This document shows, in pieces, positions 19,560 to 29,967 of a stretch of DNA of 64,000 nucleotides. The stretch is from a virus (taxonomy: Duplodnaviria; Caudoviricetes). The stretch is taken from the IMG/VR virus record IMGVR_UViG_3300020190_000004; one strand, 5' to 3'. Each line of letters opens with the position of its first letter. Positions within the stretch are counted from its first letter, which is position 1. The notes under the pieces are model-generated. The model was not told where the DNA came from. It saw nothing but the letters and a program-made list of their open reading frames with translations, and did not search any database. The position numbers and the translations under genes were made by a program.

Positions 19560-22500
19560 TTATACTGCAGCAAATCCGCCTGAAGCGATTGCACCAGTCT
19601 TAAGAACTGTAATACGGTTAACGAATTTCTGTAGCCCTCTCGTTGGCTCGATTCCGATGTCAATGATACCAAAGTTTTGGTCAATGATTTCGTTAGTGTT
19701 ATTGGTATCGTCCATAATAACCGAGAATGCTTGAATACCTCCAGCGTTTCTTACAACATCAAGATATGTTTCAATGATTGTGCGTATTTCAAGACGTGTA
19801 GCAGCATCGTTAAACTCAAACAAGTAGTTTTGTAAGATTTCAATAACACCTTCTTCAACTGTAATAAGCAAGTCACGAACATGTAAGTTGTTGAATGCTG
19901 ATAAAGTTCTTTGGTAAGCAGTCTGGTTAGCGAAGATCATTGGACCAACGTTGCGAACAACTACGATGGGGTTAAGACCTGCTGGTTCGAGATATTCACG
20001 GTCCTTCAACAAGAAGTCATATTCAAGTCCTACGAATTTAGGGTCAGAAATAACACCTCTTCTTGGACCAGCGACGATAGCATAAGGGGTTCCGTTCACG
20101 AATTTAGCAACGAAGTTGTTAGAAACGTGAGCAGCAGGTGGGATACTGATGTTCTTACCGTTTTCTCTAAGGATAACGTTAGGTGTGAAGACCCCAATAA
20201 ATTTAGCACCGTTCTCTTCATCAGGTAAACCCCAAGTATAACTTGGACCAAGGCTTAAGTTACCACCTGTAGAAATGTACTCGGTGTTAAGCACTGGTTT
20301 AGGGTTTCCTGAAGCAGCGTCAGGTAATTCAGTGAATCGCGGGTCAGTGCTTGCTTGGAATTCAGCCATAGAAGGGGCGTTCAATAAAGCTAGACACTGT
20401 TGACGATTCTTAGCTAATCGACTCAAGTATTGTTTTGGGCCCATTCCTGGCTCAAGACCACCATTGAATGTGTCAATGATGTAACGGAATTGAATCACGT
20501 CTCTTGAAGCAAGAGTTTCACCAATGTTTGTAGTCTCAAGAACACTAAGTATTTTTTCAAGTTGAGCAGGAGTACCAGGTATATGATAATCTGTCATCTT
20601 AAACCCAGATAACTGAGTGAATTGGAAACGATCAGCAAATTTCTGAATCGGTGTAAACTTAGTAATATAAGAAATACCCGAAGTAGTTGTAGTACCAGGT
20701 ACTTCAATTACAGTATATTCAAAATAAGGAGATCCTGTAGCAGGATCTAATTTCTTAACTTTAGAAGTAACTCTTGTAAGTTTAGGAGAAACGATGTCAT
20801 TATTCACAACGAAATCTCCAACTTCTAGATTAACAGAATTTGTTTGGCTAAGTTTGAATTTCTTACCGCCGCCGTAAAGTCCTGGGGTTTCAATCGCAAT
20901 GTTCGACTGAATGTTTTTAGCCAACGAAGAATATGCAGCAAATACATTTTCACCAAGAGCAGCAGGTAACTGAATTGTTGTATCGATGTAAGTGTTATCA
21001 AGAGTAGCAAAGTTTGTAGTAGGGTTTTGTAAAGCTGTATCAGCGAACTGGCGAACGATTGTTCCTGGTAAGCCGTAAGCAACTTTTGAGTACTGATTGA
21101 TATTTTTACCCCAAATAGAATCTACGTTTAAGTAGTTGTATTGTGAAGCACCAGAACCGTACTTAACACGATCTCCGTCAACTAAAAGGTTTCCGTTAAT
21201 GTTTTTAGACAATTTTGAACCAGGATAAGACTCGATGTACGAAATAGTTGCAATGTTAGAACCTGTTAATGTAGGATCAACACCGACAACAGCAGCTGGG
21301 TCAGCGAATCCTGTAAATTGTTGACCACCGGGAAGTGTTATGATTACTTGTGCAGCAGCAGCAACACCTAATACAGTAAATGCGTTTAGACCAGCAGCAG
21401 TAAGAATGTTGACTCCACCATAAGTAGGGGATGATAAAACTAAATCGTAAGCATCGGTAGTAGCAAAAGTACCGTAGATATGAGCTGTACCGTAAACAGT
21501 TCCAGATGATGCGTCGGTAATTGTTACATTATTTTCTGCTGCGGCATTAGTAGTTTGTCCTAAACCTTCAACGTTTGCGATAGTAGAAGCACATTCAGCA
21601 ATGTAACCAAAAGTATTACCGAAACCTTGTTGCAGGTTAGGAATCAAATCTTGAGCACCTACCTCTGTTGTAGCCCAAACTGTTACTCTAAGAGCACTAG
21701 GCTGTTGGTAAGCAGCGAATTCATCAGCAGCAAAACCGGCTACACACCATTTGTTTAACCAAAGAGGCCCGCCAACTGTTAATGAAGTGTTTACGATGAT
21801 TCGGTCTACACCAGGAGAAAAGGATGGTATGTAAGAAGCAATTTCAAAGTACTTTGTATACCCAGGAGCTTCAACCAAGATCACATCTCCGACTGTGATA
21901 ACAGGAGTAAGGTTACTAAAGCTTTTTATGTCGATAGTGTTAGCTAAGGTAGGAACTGCTGCAGCAACAGTTTCTTCGATGTAATCACTTTCAGGACCAG
22001 TTCCGTAAAGAGCGCTGTAGTAATCTTTATCTTGACGAACAGGGTTTGACAAGTAAATCAACAAGTCGGTTCCTGTGTCAACAATGTTACTTACTTTAAC
22101 GTAGTCATTAGGAGTATCACTGTCGTTAATTGTTAAAGCACCGTTAGATAAAACAAGAGATCTTGTGTTTAGTACAGAAGCAATATAGTCCCACTGTGAA
22201 GGTGTGAAGATGATGTCACTTGGAATAGGTCGAGGTAATACAAGAACGTTTCCAAATTTACCAGCAGCACCGCCTGTAGCAACAGAGCGTATGTATGGTT
22301 CAACAGATCCTGTAAGAGGGCCAAATGATTGTAGAGTCGTTTGTGATAAAAGGTTGTCATCTTTACCGGTGAAGGAAAGAACCGACTTTATAGGAGTGTT
22401 GTATGACAAGAAGTCAAGAATATCGTCAGTAGTGTTAATCAAAGTATTACCAATCATATCAACCTTGTAAGTTGAATTGGCGTAATCTTCTAGAACGTCT

Positions 22501-23399
22501 TGGTTGATGTTTAGGAATAAACCAGTTGTAGCAACTTGTTGATTAACGATTACATCGATAGATTGATTACTTCCGTTGTTATCAAGGAAGTCAGGTATAA
22601 TGCAACCTGTAAATGAACCTGTTAATGTAATTCCATCAAGGGACAAGAATGAGTTAAGACGATCAGCGCGTAGACCACGTAAGTCAAAGAACTTGCTGTA
22701 AAGAGGATCTTTTGCAAGTAGAGGCAAGTTAGTCCAGTCGCCGCGTACAATGAATACGTCTACGAAATAATCAGACATAAAGTCAGACTTGTAAACGAAT
22801 GTTGGTATTTCATCAGCACCAAAATAGTCTTGAGCAGTAACATTGTACTGACTAGCATTTGTTGATTTTCTGATGATTACGCTTTGCGCTTGTTGACCAA
22901 GGTTTACTACGTTAAACAATCTACCGCGGTTAGCTGGTTTGCTATCCACAGTTGCTTGTAGGTAATCTGTGTCTGGATAGAAGAATCTTTCTTTGTTGTA
23001 GAAAGAAGCGTAGAGTGCTCTAGTAATGTCACCGTTGTTTTCATTTGCCGCAAGTGCAAATGATCGATAATCTACTGCGTCTCCACCTTCATTAACTGGG
23101 ACATTGTTTAGTGGTAAGAGGTTTAATGCGAAGATTGGACCTGTTCCGAGTGAAGTTTCAATTGCACGATGGAAGAAAGATCCACGAGCTTCAAGTGAAG
23201 AGTCTATTGTACCGAAAACTCTTCTTGCTGTGCGAATATCCCGCAAAAACACCGGAGAGTTAAAAGGGCCAATTCGTGAAAACCCAACGACCAAGCGGAT
23301 TGTCTGAGTTGATACAACGATAAACTCAGAAGCATCGAACTCGATTGTGTATATTCCAGATGCTTTGAATCTGTTAAGATCAAGAGTGATTTTAGCCAT
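19560..23399 (-). CDS. gp18: Tail sheath protein (T4 gp18-like), enlarged
   Basis: N-terminal VGFSRIGPFNSPVFL; C-terminal ANQTAYQRTLSAFNNLHVRDLL...YLFEFNDAATR...DDTNNTNEIIDQN...IEPTRG. Confidence 0.9.
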   Translation of the reverse strand: MAKITLDLNRFKASGIYTIEFDASEFIVVSTQTIRLVVGFSRIGPFNSPVFLRDIRTARRVFGTIDSSLEARGSFFHRAIETSLGTGPIFALNLLPLNNVPVNEGGDAVDYRSFALAANENNGDITRALYASFYNKERFFYPDTDYLQATVDSKPANRGRLFNVVNLGQQAQSVIIRKSTNASQYNVTAQDYFGADEIPTFVYKSDFMSDYFVDVFIVRGDWTNLPLLAKDPLYSKFFDLRGLRADRLNSFLSLDGITLTGSFTGCIIPDFLDNNGSNQSIDVIVNQQVATTGLFLNINQDVLEDYANSTYKVDMIGNTLINTTDDILDFLSYNTPIKSVLSFTGKDDNLLSQTTLQSFGPLTGSVEPYIRSVATGGAAGKFGNVLVLPRPIPSDIIFTPSQWDYIASVLNTRSLVLSNGALTINDSDTPNDYVKVSNIVDTGTDLLIYLSNPVRQDKDYYSALYGTGPESDYIEETVAAAVPTLANTIDIKSFSNLTPVITVGDVILVEAPGYTKYFEIASYIPSFSPGVDRIIVNTSLTVGGPLWLNKWCVAGFAADEFAAYQQPSALRVTVWATTEVGAQDLIPNLQQGFGNTFGYIAECASTIANVEGLGQTTNAAAENNVTITDASSGTVYGTAHIYGTFATTDAYDLVLSSPTYGGVNILTAAGLNAFTVLGVAAAAQVIITLPGGQQFTGFADPAAVVGVDPTLTGSNIATISYIESYPGSKLSKNINGNLLVDGDRVKYGSGASQYNYLNVDSIWGKNINQYSKVAYGLPGTIVRQFADTALQNPTTNFATLDNTYIDTTIQLPAALGENVFAAYSSLAKNIQSNIAIETPGLYGGGKKFKLSQTNSVNLEVGDFVVNNDIVSPKLTRVTSKVKKLDPATGSPYFEYTVIEVPGTTTTSGISYITKFTPIQKFADRFQFTQLSGFKMTDYHIPGTPAQLEKILSVLETTNIGETLASRDVIQFRYIIDTFNGGLEPGMGPKQYLSRLAKNRQQCLALLNAPSMAEFQASTDPRFTELPDAASGNPKPVLNTEYISTGGNLSLGPSYTWGLPDEENGAKFIGVFTPNVILRENGKNISIPPAAHVSNNFVAKFVNGTPYAIVAGPRRGVISDPKFVGLEYDFLLKDREYLEPAGLNPIVVVRNVGPMIFANQTAYQRTLSAFNNLHVRDLLITVEEGVIEILQNYLFEFNDAATRLEIRTIIETYLDVVRNAGGIQAFSVIMDDTNNTNEIIDQNFGIIDIGIEPTRGLQKFVNRITVLKTGAIASGGFAAV

Positions 23400-23444
23400 T
23401 CTTTATACTATTATTTTTTGTCGAACCTGTATGATTCCTTTTTC

Positions 23445-23452
23445 TATATATC
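23445..23452 (-). promoter_or_regulatory. Putative late promoter GATATATA
   Basis: Exact motif upstream of the sheath gene. Confidence 0.6.
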
Positions 23453-23470
23453 TTATGTTTATTCATTTTT

Positions 23471-25306
23471 TTAATAAGTTCTACCTGGCCCTTTGCCTCT
23501 CAACTTATCCCCAAAAGAAAATTTCTGCCCGCTGATAAAAGACTGGTCGAAGTTTTTAATAACACGAAATACATCCATGACGTCTTCACCACTTCCTTCT
23601 GTTGACATACGCAATTCAACAGCCTTTTTTGTTGCTTCATCAACTTTATCATACATGTCCTCTACCATTTCATAAAAGTCAATAGAGTCAAAGTAAGTAA
23701 CAAGATTGACGCAAGTCATAGCAACATCATCATGCCCCATTTGCGATTCGTACCGTCCTGCATTATTTATACCAAAAGCTGACAACTCTTCAAATGTTTT
23801 GGATTCTGTTAAAACAATCCTTTTGTTATGTAAGAAATTTCTAAGTTCTCGAGAATATGATTCTTTATTGTCTTTTTGAATCTTTACCCCAAGTTTCATT
23901 TGATCATTAGCGATAGAATGCTTGGTATATAAGAAAATCTCAGGATAAAATTCTCGATGTCTTGATAGTCTTTCGAAAACCAAGTTACCCTTGAAATTAA
24001 TCTCCATCACAATCTTACAGTTCTCGTGATTATACAAGCTAAACGTAAGTATTTCTAAACACTTAGCCATTTCTTCCACGGATAACTTGTTTGACCTAAA
24101 CATACCAACTTGCTTTAATCTAAAAAAGCTGGTTTCATCAGCCCAGTCTCGAGTTTGCCTTATCATAGCAGGTGACTTAGGTTCTAGCTTAAATATGTTT
24201 ATCACTGTGAAGTCACGACCTACCCCATCGCCAATGTCTATAGCGAATATCATTTTATCGTCTTTGACACTAAGGTCAGTCGGGTCGTATTCAGGGTGCC
24301 ACTTTAAAACCTCAGCTAGATCTGGGTAATCTATCAGATCATCGATCTCGACGTATTTATAGTTTTTTGCTATTCTTTTAATAAAGTTTAGAGTTGCGCT
24401 TGATAAGAGAAGTCTTGATGACGCAAGAAATTGATTTCCATATTCTTGGTTAAATAATTCTTCGTTACCAAGGTTGGCAATTTCTCGTTTTTTCCACTCT
24501 TCATCTCTTCCTGGTACTTGCCACCAATCGACGCGTATGTGATGAAATGCATTTTTTCCTTGTAAAGCTCCTTGGTATATCTCGTAAAAGAGATTCATAC
24601 CATTTGGAGTAGAACATATAATCATCCTGGATATTTGGGAAGATGATAAGGTTGGATAAATTGAACGATAAAAAGGCAATAAGAAGTTGCTGTGAATGTG
24701 AGCAAACTCATCCGCGAATAACAAGTGAATGGTAAAACCAATAGCCGCTGTTTTGGTAGTTGCTTGTGAGAATAGACGATTACCGTTGTCAAATCTCATA
24801 CCTGTTACACCACCACTTACGATGCCTGGCTTCATAAAGAAAGGCAAGTTCTTTAAGATTACTTTAATTTTATCAACAATTTCGTTAGTTGTGGCTAACT
24901 TGTTAGCCACAACCATGCAGTTCCTATCGTAGTGAAAACATAGGTACCACGCAATAAAGATTGAAGATGTCACAGTCTTACCGATCTGGCGTGATGCAAG
25001 CATGACAGAAAAACGATTTTCCTGGAATCCTTTGAGCATGTCTTTTTGGTAATCACGAAGTGTTATTCTCCTAACCCCTTCATCTGTCATAGAGAAACAA
25101 TACTTTTCACCAAAGTAAACTACATCAGCAGCACACTTAGCCAATTCTTGTAACTCTTCTTGTGAATACTCAAAAACTACATCAGCTGCACGATACGCAG
25201 TGTTTTGATCATAGAAAGGAGAGAAGTCAGCGGTAAGACCGCTATCTATTCTTCCGACCATTTCATTAATCTTCTTACTGTTCCAAACTTTGCCCGTCTT
25301 CGACAT
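23471..25306 (-). CDS. gp17: Terminase large subunit (T4 gp17-like)
   Basis: Walker A ASRQIGKT, Walker B LFADEFAH, STPNGMNLFY, nuclease IDIGDG and GHDDVAM. Confidence 0.95.
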   Translation of the reverse strand: MSKTGKVWNSKKINEMVGRIDSGLTADFSPFYDQNTAYRAADVVFEYSQEELQELAKCAADVVYFGEKYCFSMTDEGVRRITLRDYQKDMLKGFQENRFSVMLASRQIGKTVTSSIFIAWYLCFHYDRNCMVVANKLATTNEIVDKIKVILKNLPFFMKPGIVSGGVTGMRFDNGNRLFSQATTKTAAIGFTIHLLFADEFAHIHSNFLLPFYRSIYPTLSSSQISRMIICSTPNGMNLFYEIYQGALQGKNAFHHIRVDWWQVPGRDEEWKKREIANLGNEELFNQEYGNQFLASSRLLLSSATLNFIKRIAKNYKYVEIDDLIDYPDLAEVLKWHPEYDPTDLSVKDDKMIFAIDIGDGVGRDFTVINIFKLEPKSPAMIRQTRDWADETSFFRLKQVGMFRSNKLSVEEMAKCLEILTFSLYNHENCKIVMEINFKGNLVFERLSRHREFYPEIFLYTKHSIANDQMKLGVKIQKDNKESYSRELRNFLHNKRIVLTESKTFEELSAFGINNAGRYESQMGHDDVAMTCVNLVTYFDSIDFYEMVEDMYDKVDEATKKAVELRMSTEGSGEDVMDVFRVIKNFDQSFISGQKFSFGDKLRGKGPGRTY

Positions 25307-25958
25307 CTTTATCCCTTTTAATTACTGCTTCTGCTTTCTTTTCTGGTACAGCTTCTCTTAAGATCTCCATTAGTTGCTTACCACCTCTGAACTGTGCACC
25401 GCCGTTATCAACCTCAACAGAATAGTCACCGGTTGATAACGAAGTAGGTTCTTCCGATTTCTTTATGCGGTAGTCTTCTTTTAAGTTTTTGTAGTTTTGC
25501 TCCATGATTACCATAAATTGGGCGAGATGTTTTACAATTTCCATCTTTGACCTTTGTAATGACGCAAGAACTTCAAAAGTTCGTGGGTGAGTATTTCCGT
25601 TGTCAATTTCTTCAAGAAGTTTAATGATAGCGTGTTCAGCCGTCTTCATTTGAAAAAGCAAATTAGAAACTGTGATTTTATCCACGGAATTCTTTTGCTT
25701 GACATACGGAATTTCTGATATGATATCTCGGTCAAGATAAAACTCAGCAATAGAATCGACTATGCTAGTCGATGTATTGTCAGATTCTTCCTTCACACGG
25801 TGGTAATCGAGGAACCCTGACGCAGTTCTTGAGGGAAGAATGCTTCTTGCTTCTTGGACCGCGTTTTGAACCTCGGTGGTGTCGATTGCGATTAATCGCT
25901 CGAGCTCGTCTTTTAAGTCAAGTTCTCGCTTTCTCTCTGGTGTATCTTTTCTTGGCAT
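25275..25958 (-). CDS. Probable terminase small subunit (gp16-like); likely start MPRKD at 25958
   Basis: Directly upstream of TerL; HPRTFEVLASL motif resembles gp16-type helices. Confidence 0.6.
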   Translation of the reverse strand: MPRKDTPERKRELDLKDELERLIAIDTTEVQNAVQEARSILPSRTASGFLDYHRVKEESDNTSTSIVDSIAEFYLDRDIISEIPYVKQKNSVDKITVSNLLFQMKTAEHAIIKLLEEIDNGNTHPRTFEVLASLQRSKMEIVKHLAQFMVIMEQNYKNLKEDYRIKKSEEPTSLSTGDYSVEVDNGGAQFRGGKQLMEILREAVPEKKAEAVIKRDKDVEDGQSLEQ

Positions 25959-25959
25959 A

Positions 25960-27966
25960 TTATTTAGTTTTACCGCTCCACGGCAACAGCAATCTCGGCA
26001 CAGCGTTATCAATAATTATCGCATAATGCGTATCTTGTACGATTGTCTGATTTAAGATTGTCATCTGTTTCATTAGATCGGTTTCAGTTTTGTTAAATAG
26101 TCTTATGTTAGTATACAGCAAGTTGCTAGCAGGTAACCTGTAATTGTAATCACCGCTTCCTGCTGTTCTAGGTTTTGCAGGAGCAACTATAGCCTTTGAG
26201 TATATATTCTCCAGATCTGTAGTTTGTTGTGGGGTAACTTCAGTCTCGTTCCACTTTCTTATCCAGACATCCAAAGATATTTGATTATAGTAATTACTTA
26301 CATTCAAAAAGAATGCATACCATGAACCCTCTATAACATTGTTTGGGAGAGCAAACACATGTTCTTCAGCGGGTGACTTAAATACAAAATATCTGCTAGC
26401 ATACAAAGAGAACTTCCAACCTGAGTTACTAGCTTCATCATAACCGTCGAGTAAAACTGTTTCGCTTGACTTCTCAGCAGTATAACCTGATTGCAAGTGC
26501 CATGTTGAATAAGTACTTGCTACAAAATCTAAGACAGCTTGCGGAACTTCCATAGTTATGGTTAAACCATTCATGGTTGAAACTTTACTTAAAAACTTTC
26601 CGTATAAACTAAACCCATTGTACCGAGTTATTTTGATTATATCTCCTGGTTCATAGTCACGATTTTGTACCGGTATGTTAAATGTAATTTGCTTAGGAAG
26701 AGTCATAGGAGGAATCATAATGATACCTTTAATAGGATCTTTAGGTATGATAACCTTTGGCTTCAATTCATTAAACCACCCCGTTAAAGATCTTTCTTCT
26801 GTTGCATCAATAGGGAATACAGCTTTTTCTCGGTAAACTACAGCATTAATAGGTTTATCTATATCGAATATCGATCTTAAGTCATATTGGGATTCTGAAA
26901 GGTATATACTGTAGTTTTGAACAACCCCTTGTGAAATGACAAGATCATCGTTTACAGTTAATCTAACTGGGTCATAATCACGGGAGCCGATTTTAGTATC
27001 ATATTGCTTAGGCTTAGTAGTCTTAATTTCATCTTCCCTGACTTCTTCTCCAAATCTTTCTTCGGCGTCCCATGTTAAGTTATCAAACTGTTCACGCAAG
27101 TCAGTAGGTTCGTATCGGTTGGACTTAGGTTGATACTTCTTAAGAGAAACTTTCCAATAAACTTCTCGCTGCATGATGTCTCTCCATAAGTAAGAACTCT
27201 CAATTTCATATATACGATTAACGATAGGGAAGTAAATGATATCGCGTTTCTGTGGTCCCGTCCCTACCCCAAAAATACTTTCGTAATAGTCTTTGACTAT
27301 TTGTATTTCAAAAGGCATTTCAAAGTCAAGACCCATTGGGTTAAATGATATCTTGCTATCAGGGAATTCGTTCCCTGGCACCAATACCTTAACACAGCAG
27401 GGATCTTCAACATCATACAAGGTCCACTCATGAAGAGTAAAGTCTCGTCCATTATAGAGAGGATTCGCTCTCGCGTACATTACATCATGACCAAACATTT
27501 GGTTTATCGTATACGCCAGTTCTTTATACAAAGCAACTGCTGCATTTACCGCGTAAGGCTTGAATGTAAAGTTTTCAATCTTTGTAAGATTGCTGATGTT
27601 TCCTTGCTCGGAAACAGTTAAAGGGGGGCGATATCCTAAGAATTTATCGTCAGCGTCTTCACACTGAGTAAATTCAACATATATGTCATTAATAGTAACA
27701 GGAAAGCCAGCTACTAAAGTATAGCGAAAATCTACATACAATTCATTACATGGATCAAGAATGGCTCCGCTTAATTCGGAAACATCCATCCAAGAAGTCT
27801 TTAGTTTATTAGAAGTACTCCACCTAAACTCCTTTTTTAAAGTACCAGCACCAGAGATATCATCTACTACTTTAGTAAGTTTATTCACATAGTAAAATGG
27901 CTTAGTAGGATTCTGCGAAAAGACAGCGAAGTCTCCAATCTTAGAAAGTGTAGCAATGCAACTCAA
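25960..27966 (-). CDS. Neck/head-completion protein (T4 gp14-like core) with extra N- and C-terminal domains
   Basis: GLDFEMPFEIQI...PQKRDIIYFPIVNRIYEIE resembles gp14; 668 aa with a beta-rich (LamG-like) C-terminus. Confidence 0.6.
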   Translation of the reverse strand: MSCIATLSKIGDFAVFSQNPTKPFYYVNKLTKVVDDISGAGTLKKEFRWSTSNKLKTSWMDVSELSGAILDPCNELYVDFRYTLVAGFPVTINDIYVEFTQCEDADDKFLGYRPPLTVSEQGNISNLTKIENFTFKPYAVNAAVALYKELAYTINQMFGHDVMYARANPLYNGRDFTLHEWTLYDVEDPCCVKVLVPGNEFPDSKISFNPMGLDFEMPFEIQIVKDYYESIFGVGTGPQKRDIIYFPIVNRIYEIESSYLWRDIMQREVYWKVSLKKYQPKSNRYEPTDLREQFDNLTWDAEERFGEEVREDEIKTTKPKQYDTKIGSRDYDPVRLTVNDDLVISQGVVQNYSIYLSESQYDLRSIFDIDKPINAVVYREKAVFPIDATEERSLTGWFNELKPKVIIPKDPIKGIIMIPPMTLPKQITFNIPVQNRDYEPGDIIKITRYNGFSLYGKFLSKVSTMNGLTITMEVPQAVLDFVASTYSTWHLQSGYTAEKSSETVLLDGYDEASNSGWKFSLYASRYFVFKSPAEEHVFALPNNVIEGSWYAFFLNVSNYYNQISLDVWIRKWNETEVTPQQTTDLENIYSKAIVAPAKPRTAGSGDYNYRLPASNLLYTNIRLFNKTETDLMKQMTILNQTIVQDTHYAIIIDNAVPRLLLPWSGKTK

Positions 27967-27987
27967 AATGGGTGAATATCTTTTCTT

Positions 27988-27995
27988 TATATATC
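27988..27995 (-). promoter_or_regulatory. Putative late promoter GATATATA inside an inverted repeat (27970-27999)
   Basis: Exact motif; flanked by GGGTGA/TCACCC. Confidence 0.55.
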
Positions 27996-28010
27996 ACCCG
28001 GTCTGGGAGG

Positions 28011-28076
28011 CTAGATTACTTCATCAATAATCTTGAGTTTAAGAGCTTCTTTAGGTTGGGGAAGCGTTACTGCCAT
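28011..28076 (-). CDS. Possible 21-aa micro-ORF MAVTLPQPKEALKLKIIDEVI
   Basis: ATG overlaps the gp62-like stop (TAATG). Confidence 0.3.
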   Translation of the reverse strand: MAVTLPQPKEALKLKIIDEVI

Positions 28077-28489
28077 TAGTCTTTAATTAGTTGTTCGAAA
28101 TTCTTTAATTCTTTTGCGAAGTCTTCCCCCAATATAAGAAGAGCGTCATCTACATCTCTTCGGGATATCTTGTGTATTTCACAGTACTTGCGAATAACAG
28201 CGTCGTCAACAGGTTGTGCAGCTTTCTTTTCTGCCTTAGCCTTAGAAGTTTTAACATACATCCACTGTGGAGTTCTGCTGTAACGTTGGCTTAAGAGCGA
28301 TTGCCAAAAAGTTACTGCTTGTCCTGGGTTAATCTTGATATGATTAAAGTAAGAAGCTTGAATAGGAAAACCAATACTACATAAACGATTAATCATAAAG
28401 ACATGTTTTCCTCGTTCATGCATTTTTGTTTTTCTAAACTCTTCGGGTTTAGCAACCATGTCATTTATGAATCCAAATAAATCGCTCAT
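28076..28489 (-). CDS. Clamp loader small subunit (T4 gp62-like)
   Basis: FMINRLCS...QWMYVK...VIRKYCEIHKISRRDVDDALLIL pattern typical of gp62-like proteins. Confidence 0.6.
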   Translation of the reverse strand: MSDLFGFINDMVAKPEEFRKTKMHERGKHVFMINRLCSIGFPIQASYFNHIKINPGQAVTFWQSLLSQRYSRTPQWMYVKTSKAKAEKKAAQPVDDAVIRKYCEIHKISRRDVDDALLILGEDFAKELKNFEQLIKD

Positions 28490-28818
28490 GCAGTTTGCCT
28501 ATTTGATATTTTATTCACCAAATCTTTTAAGTTCTTTGCTCTTAGCGCTAATTCATAATCTTCAGTGCTTACAAAGTAATCTTGCGCAAGGTCTAAACTT
28601 TCTATCATATCTTCTCGGTGCATCGTGATGTCAGCAAACGGGTACCGTGATTTTGTGTTTTCATAAAACTCTATAACCACAAGTTCATCAATGGTTGCGT
28701 CAGTTAACATTTTTTCTGTTGCGTCCATAGCGGTTTCATGAAGAATGTTCTCGTTTTCCCTTGACCATTCTACCAAAGTGTCAGCATCTTGTTCTATATG
28801 CACACGCGTAGGTTTCAT
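28486..28818 (-). CDS. Hypothetical protein with UVR-like C-terminal motif
   Basis: DYFVSTEDYELALRAKNLKDL. Confidence 0.6.
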   Translation of the reverse strand: MKPTRVHIEQDADTLVEWSRENENILHETAMDATEKMLTDATIDELVVIEFYENTKSRYPFADITMHREDMIESLDLAQDYFVSTEDYELALRAKNLKDLVNKISNRQTA

Positions 28819-28820
28819 TC

Positions 28821-29924
28821 TTAAAGTTTGAATTGCGAGAAGATATCTGCCTCAAAGGTACGAGTTCCGCTGATAAAGCGAGTACCTTCAAGTATAAAGT
28901 TCATGTCGTAATTGTGAGCGCTTAAGATTAAAGTATGTTCTTTTTCATAAGCAGCTTTGAATTTCTCGACAATCTCAGAAGGAATTACCCGCTCATCAAG
29001 AAAGACCAACTGTAAGTTTCTCTCTAGTCTGCTCTTAACAGCCTCGGTAGGAGCAACTTGCTTACATGTTGAATTGATACCGTTAGAGATCTCAAGTGCT
29101 CTGTTTGGCAAGTCATACACATCGGTAATAGGTTTAACCATTTGCATCACTTCATAGATACGAGCAGCTTTGGATGGTGTAACCCTATAGGTTTTTCCCT
29201 TGTTCTCCCATGTCCAGATTGACGGAACAGTATCTCCGGCGTCACCAATGATTACTTTCTCAAAGATAATGTAATCAGGGTCAATTTCTTCTATAGGAAT
29301 TGCAGAAGCAGCCTCGGCAATTAAGTCTTTGCTGCGGTTCATAAATGTTGAAGCATCAAATAGATCATAGTCTTCTTTCTTGAGCCATTCAGAAAAACCT
29401 TTAGGCGCCACGATCTTGCGGCTCTTAGAGTTTGGGTTGTAAACAACGATAAAGTTTTTACCATTACATTTGATACATTGAGTCAAGTCTTTGTCACCGG
29501 TAATGATAATAGCATCTTCGCCTTGTTGAAAAAGTTTTTCTGCCCATAGGTACATCAAGTCATCGCCTTCAGCGCGTTCTTCTTTAGAAACAATGATACC
29601 TTTTTTCTTTAGGATAGCACCAAACTCATTCATGCATTTATAGAATGCGTCCCAATCAATAACAGACTCGTCTTTCTCGCGATTGGTTTTGTAACCACCT
29701 TCTTCAATAAGAACTTCTTTTCTCCAAGACTTAGAGTCAATGGTAAAAATGATACGGCTGGGATTGCCAAACGAACGAATAGCGTGAGTCATGTCAGTCG
29801 CGATTTTGCGAATGAACATTTCTTGGTCAGTGTCAGTGCTTAATACTTTACCTTTCTTTGCGTAGCTGCCAAAAATGAAAAGCGTTTTATAGAACAAGTA
29901 GTTCCCGTCGAATATAAGATTCAT
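28821..29924 (-). CDS. rnh: 5'-3' exonuclease / RNase H (T4 rnh, PolI 5'-nuclease family)
   Basis: LIFDGNYL, FTIDSKSWRK, AEGDDL, ITGDKDLTQ, IGDAGDTVP. Confidence 0.9.
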   Translation of the reverse strand: MNLIFDGNYLFYKTLFIFGSYAKKGKVLSTDTDQEMFIRKIATDMTHAIRSFGNPSRIIFTIDSKSWRKEVLIEEGGYKTNREKDESVIDWDAFYKCMNEFGAILKKKGIIVSKEERAEGDDLMYLWAEKLFQQGEDAIIITGDKDLTQCIKCNGKNFIVVYNPNSKSRKIVAPKGFSEWLKKEDYDLFDASTFMNRSKDLIAEAASAIPIEEIDPDYIIFEKVIIGDAGDTVPSIWTWENKGKTYRVTPSKAARIYEVMQMVKPITDVYDLPNRALEISNGINSTCKQVAPTEAVKSRLERNLQLVFLDERVIPSEIVEKFKAAYEKEHTLILSAHNYDMNFILEGTRFISGTRTFEADIFSQFKL

Positions 29925-29937
29925 ATAATTTACTTTA

Positions 29938-29967
29938 GTTTTATATACCGCGAATGTACTATAGTTC
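29938..29967 (-). promoter_or_regulatory. Putative ECF-type promoter GAAC-N18-TATAAA
   Basis: Recurring bipartite motif. Confidence 0.65.
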
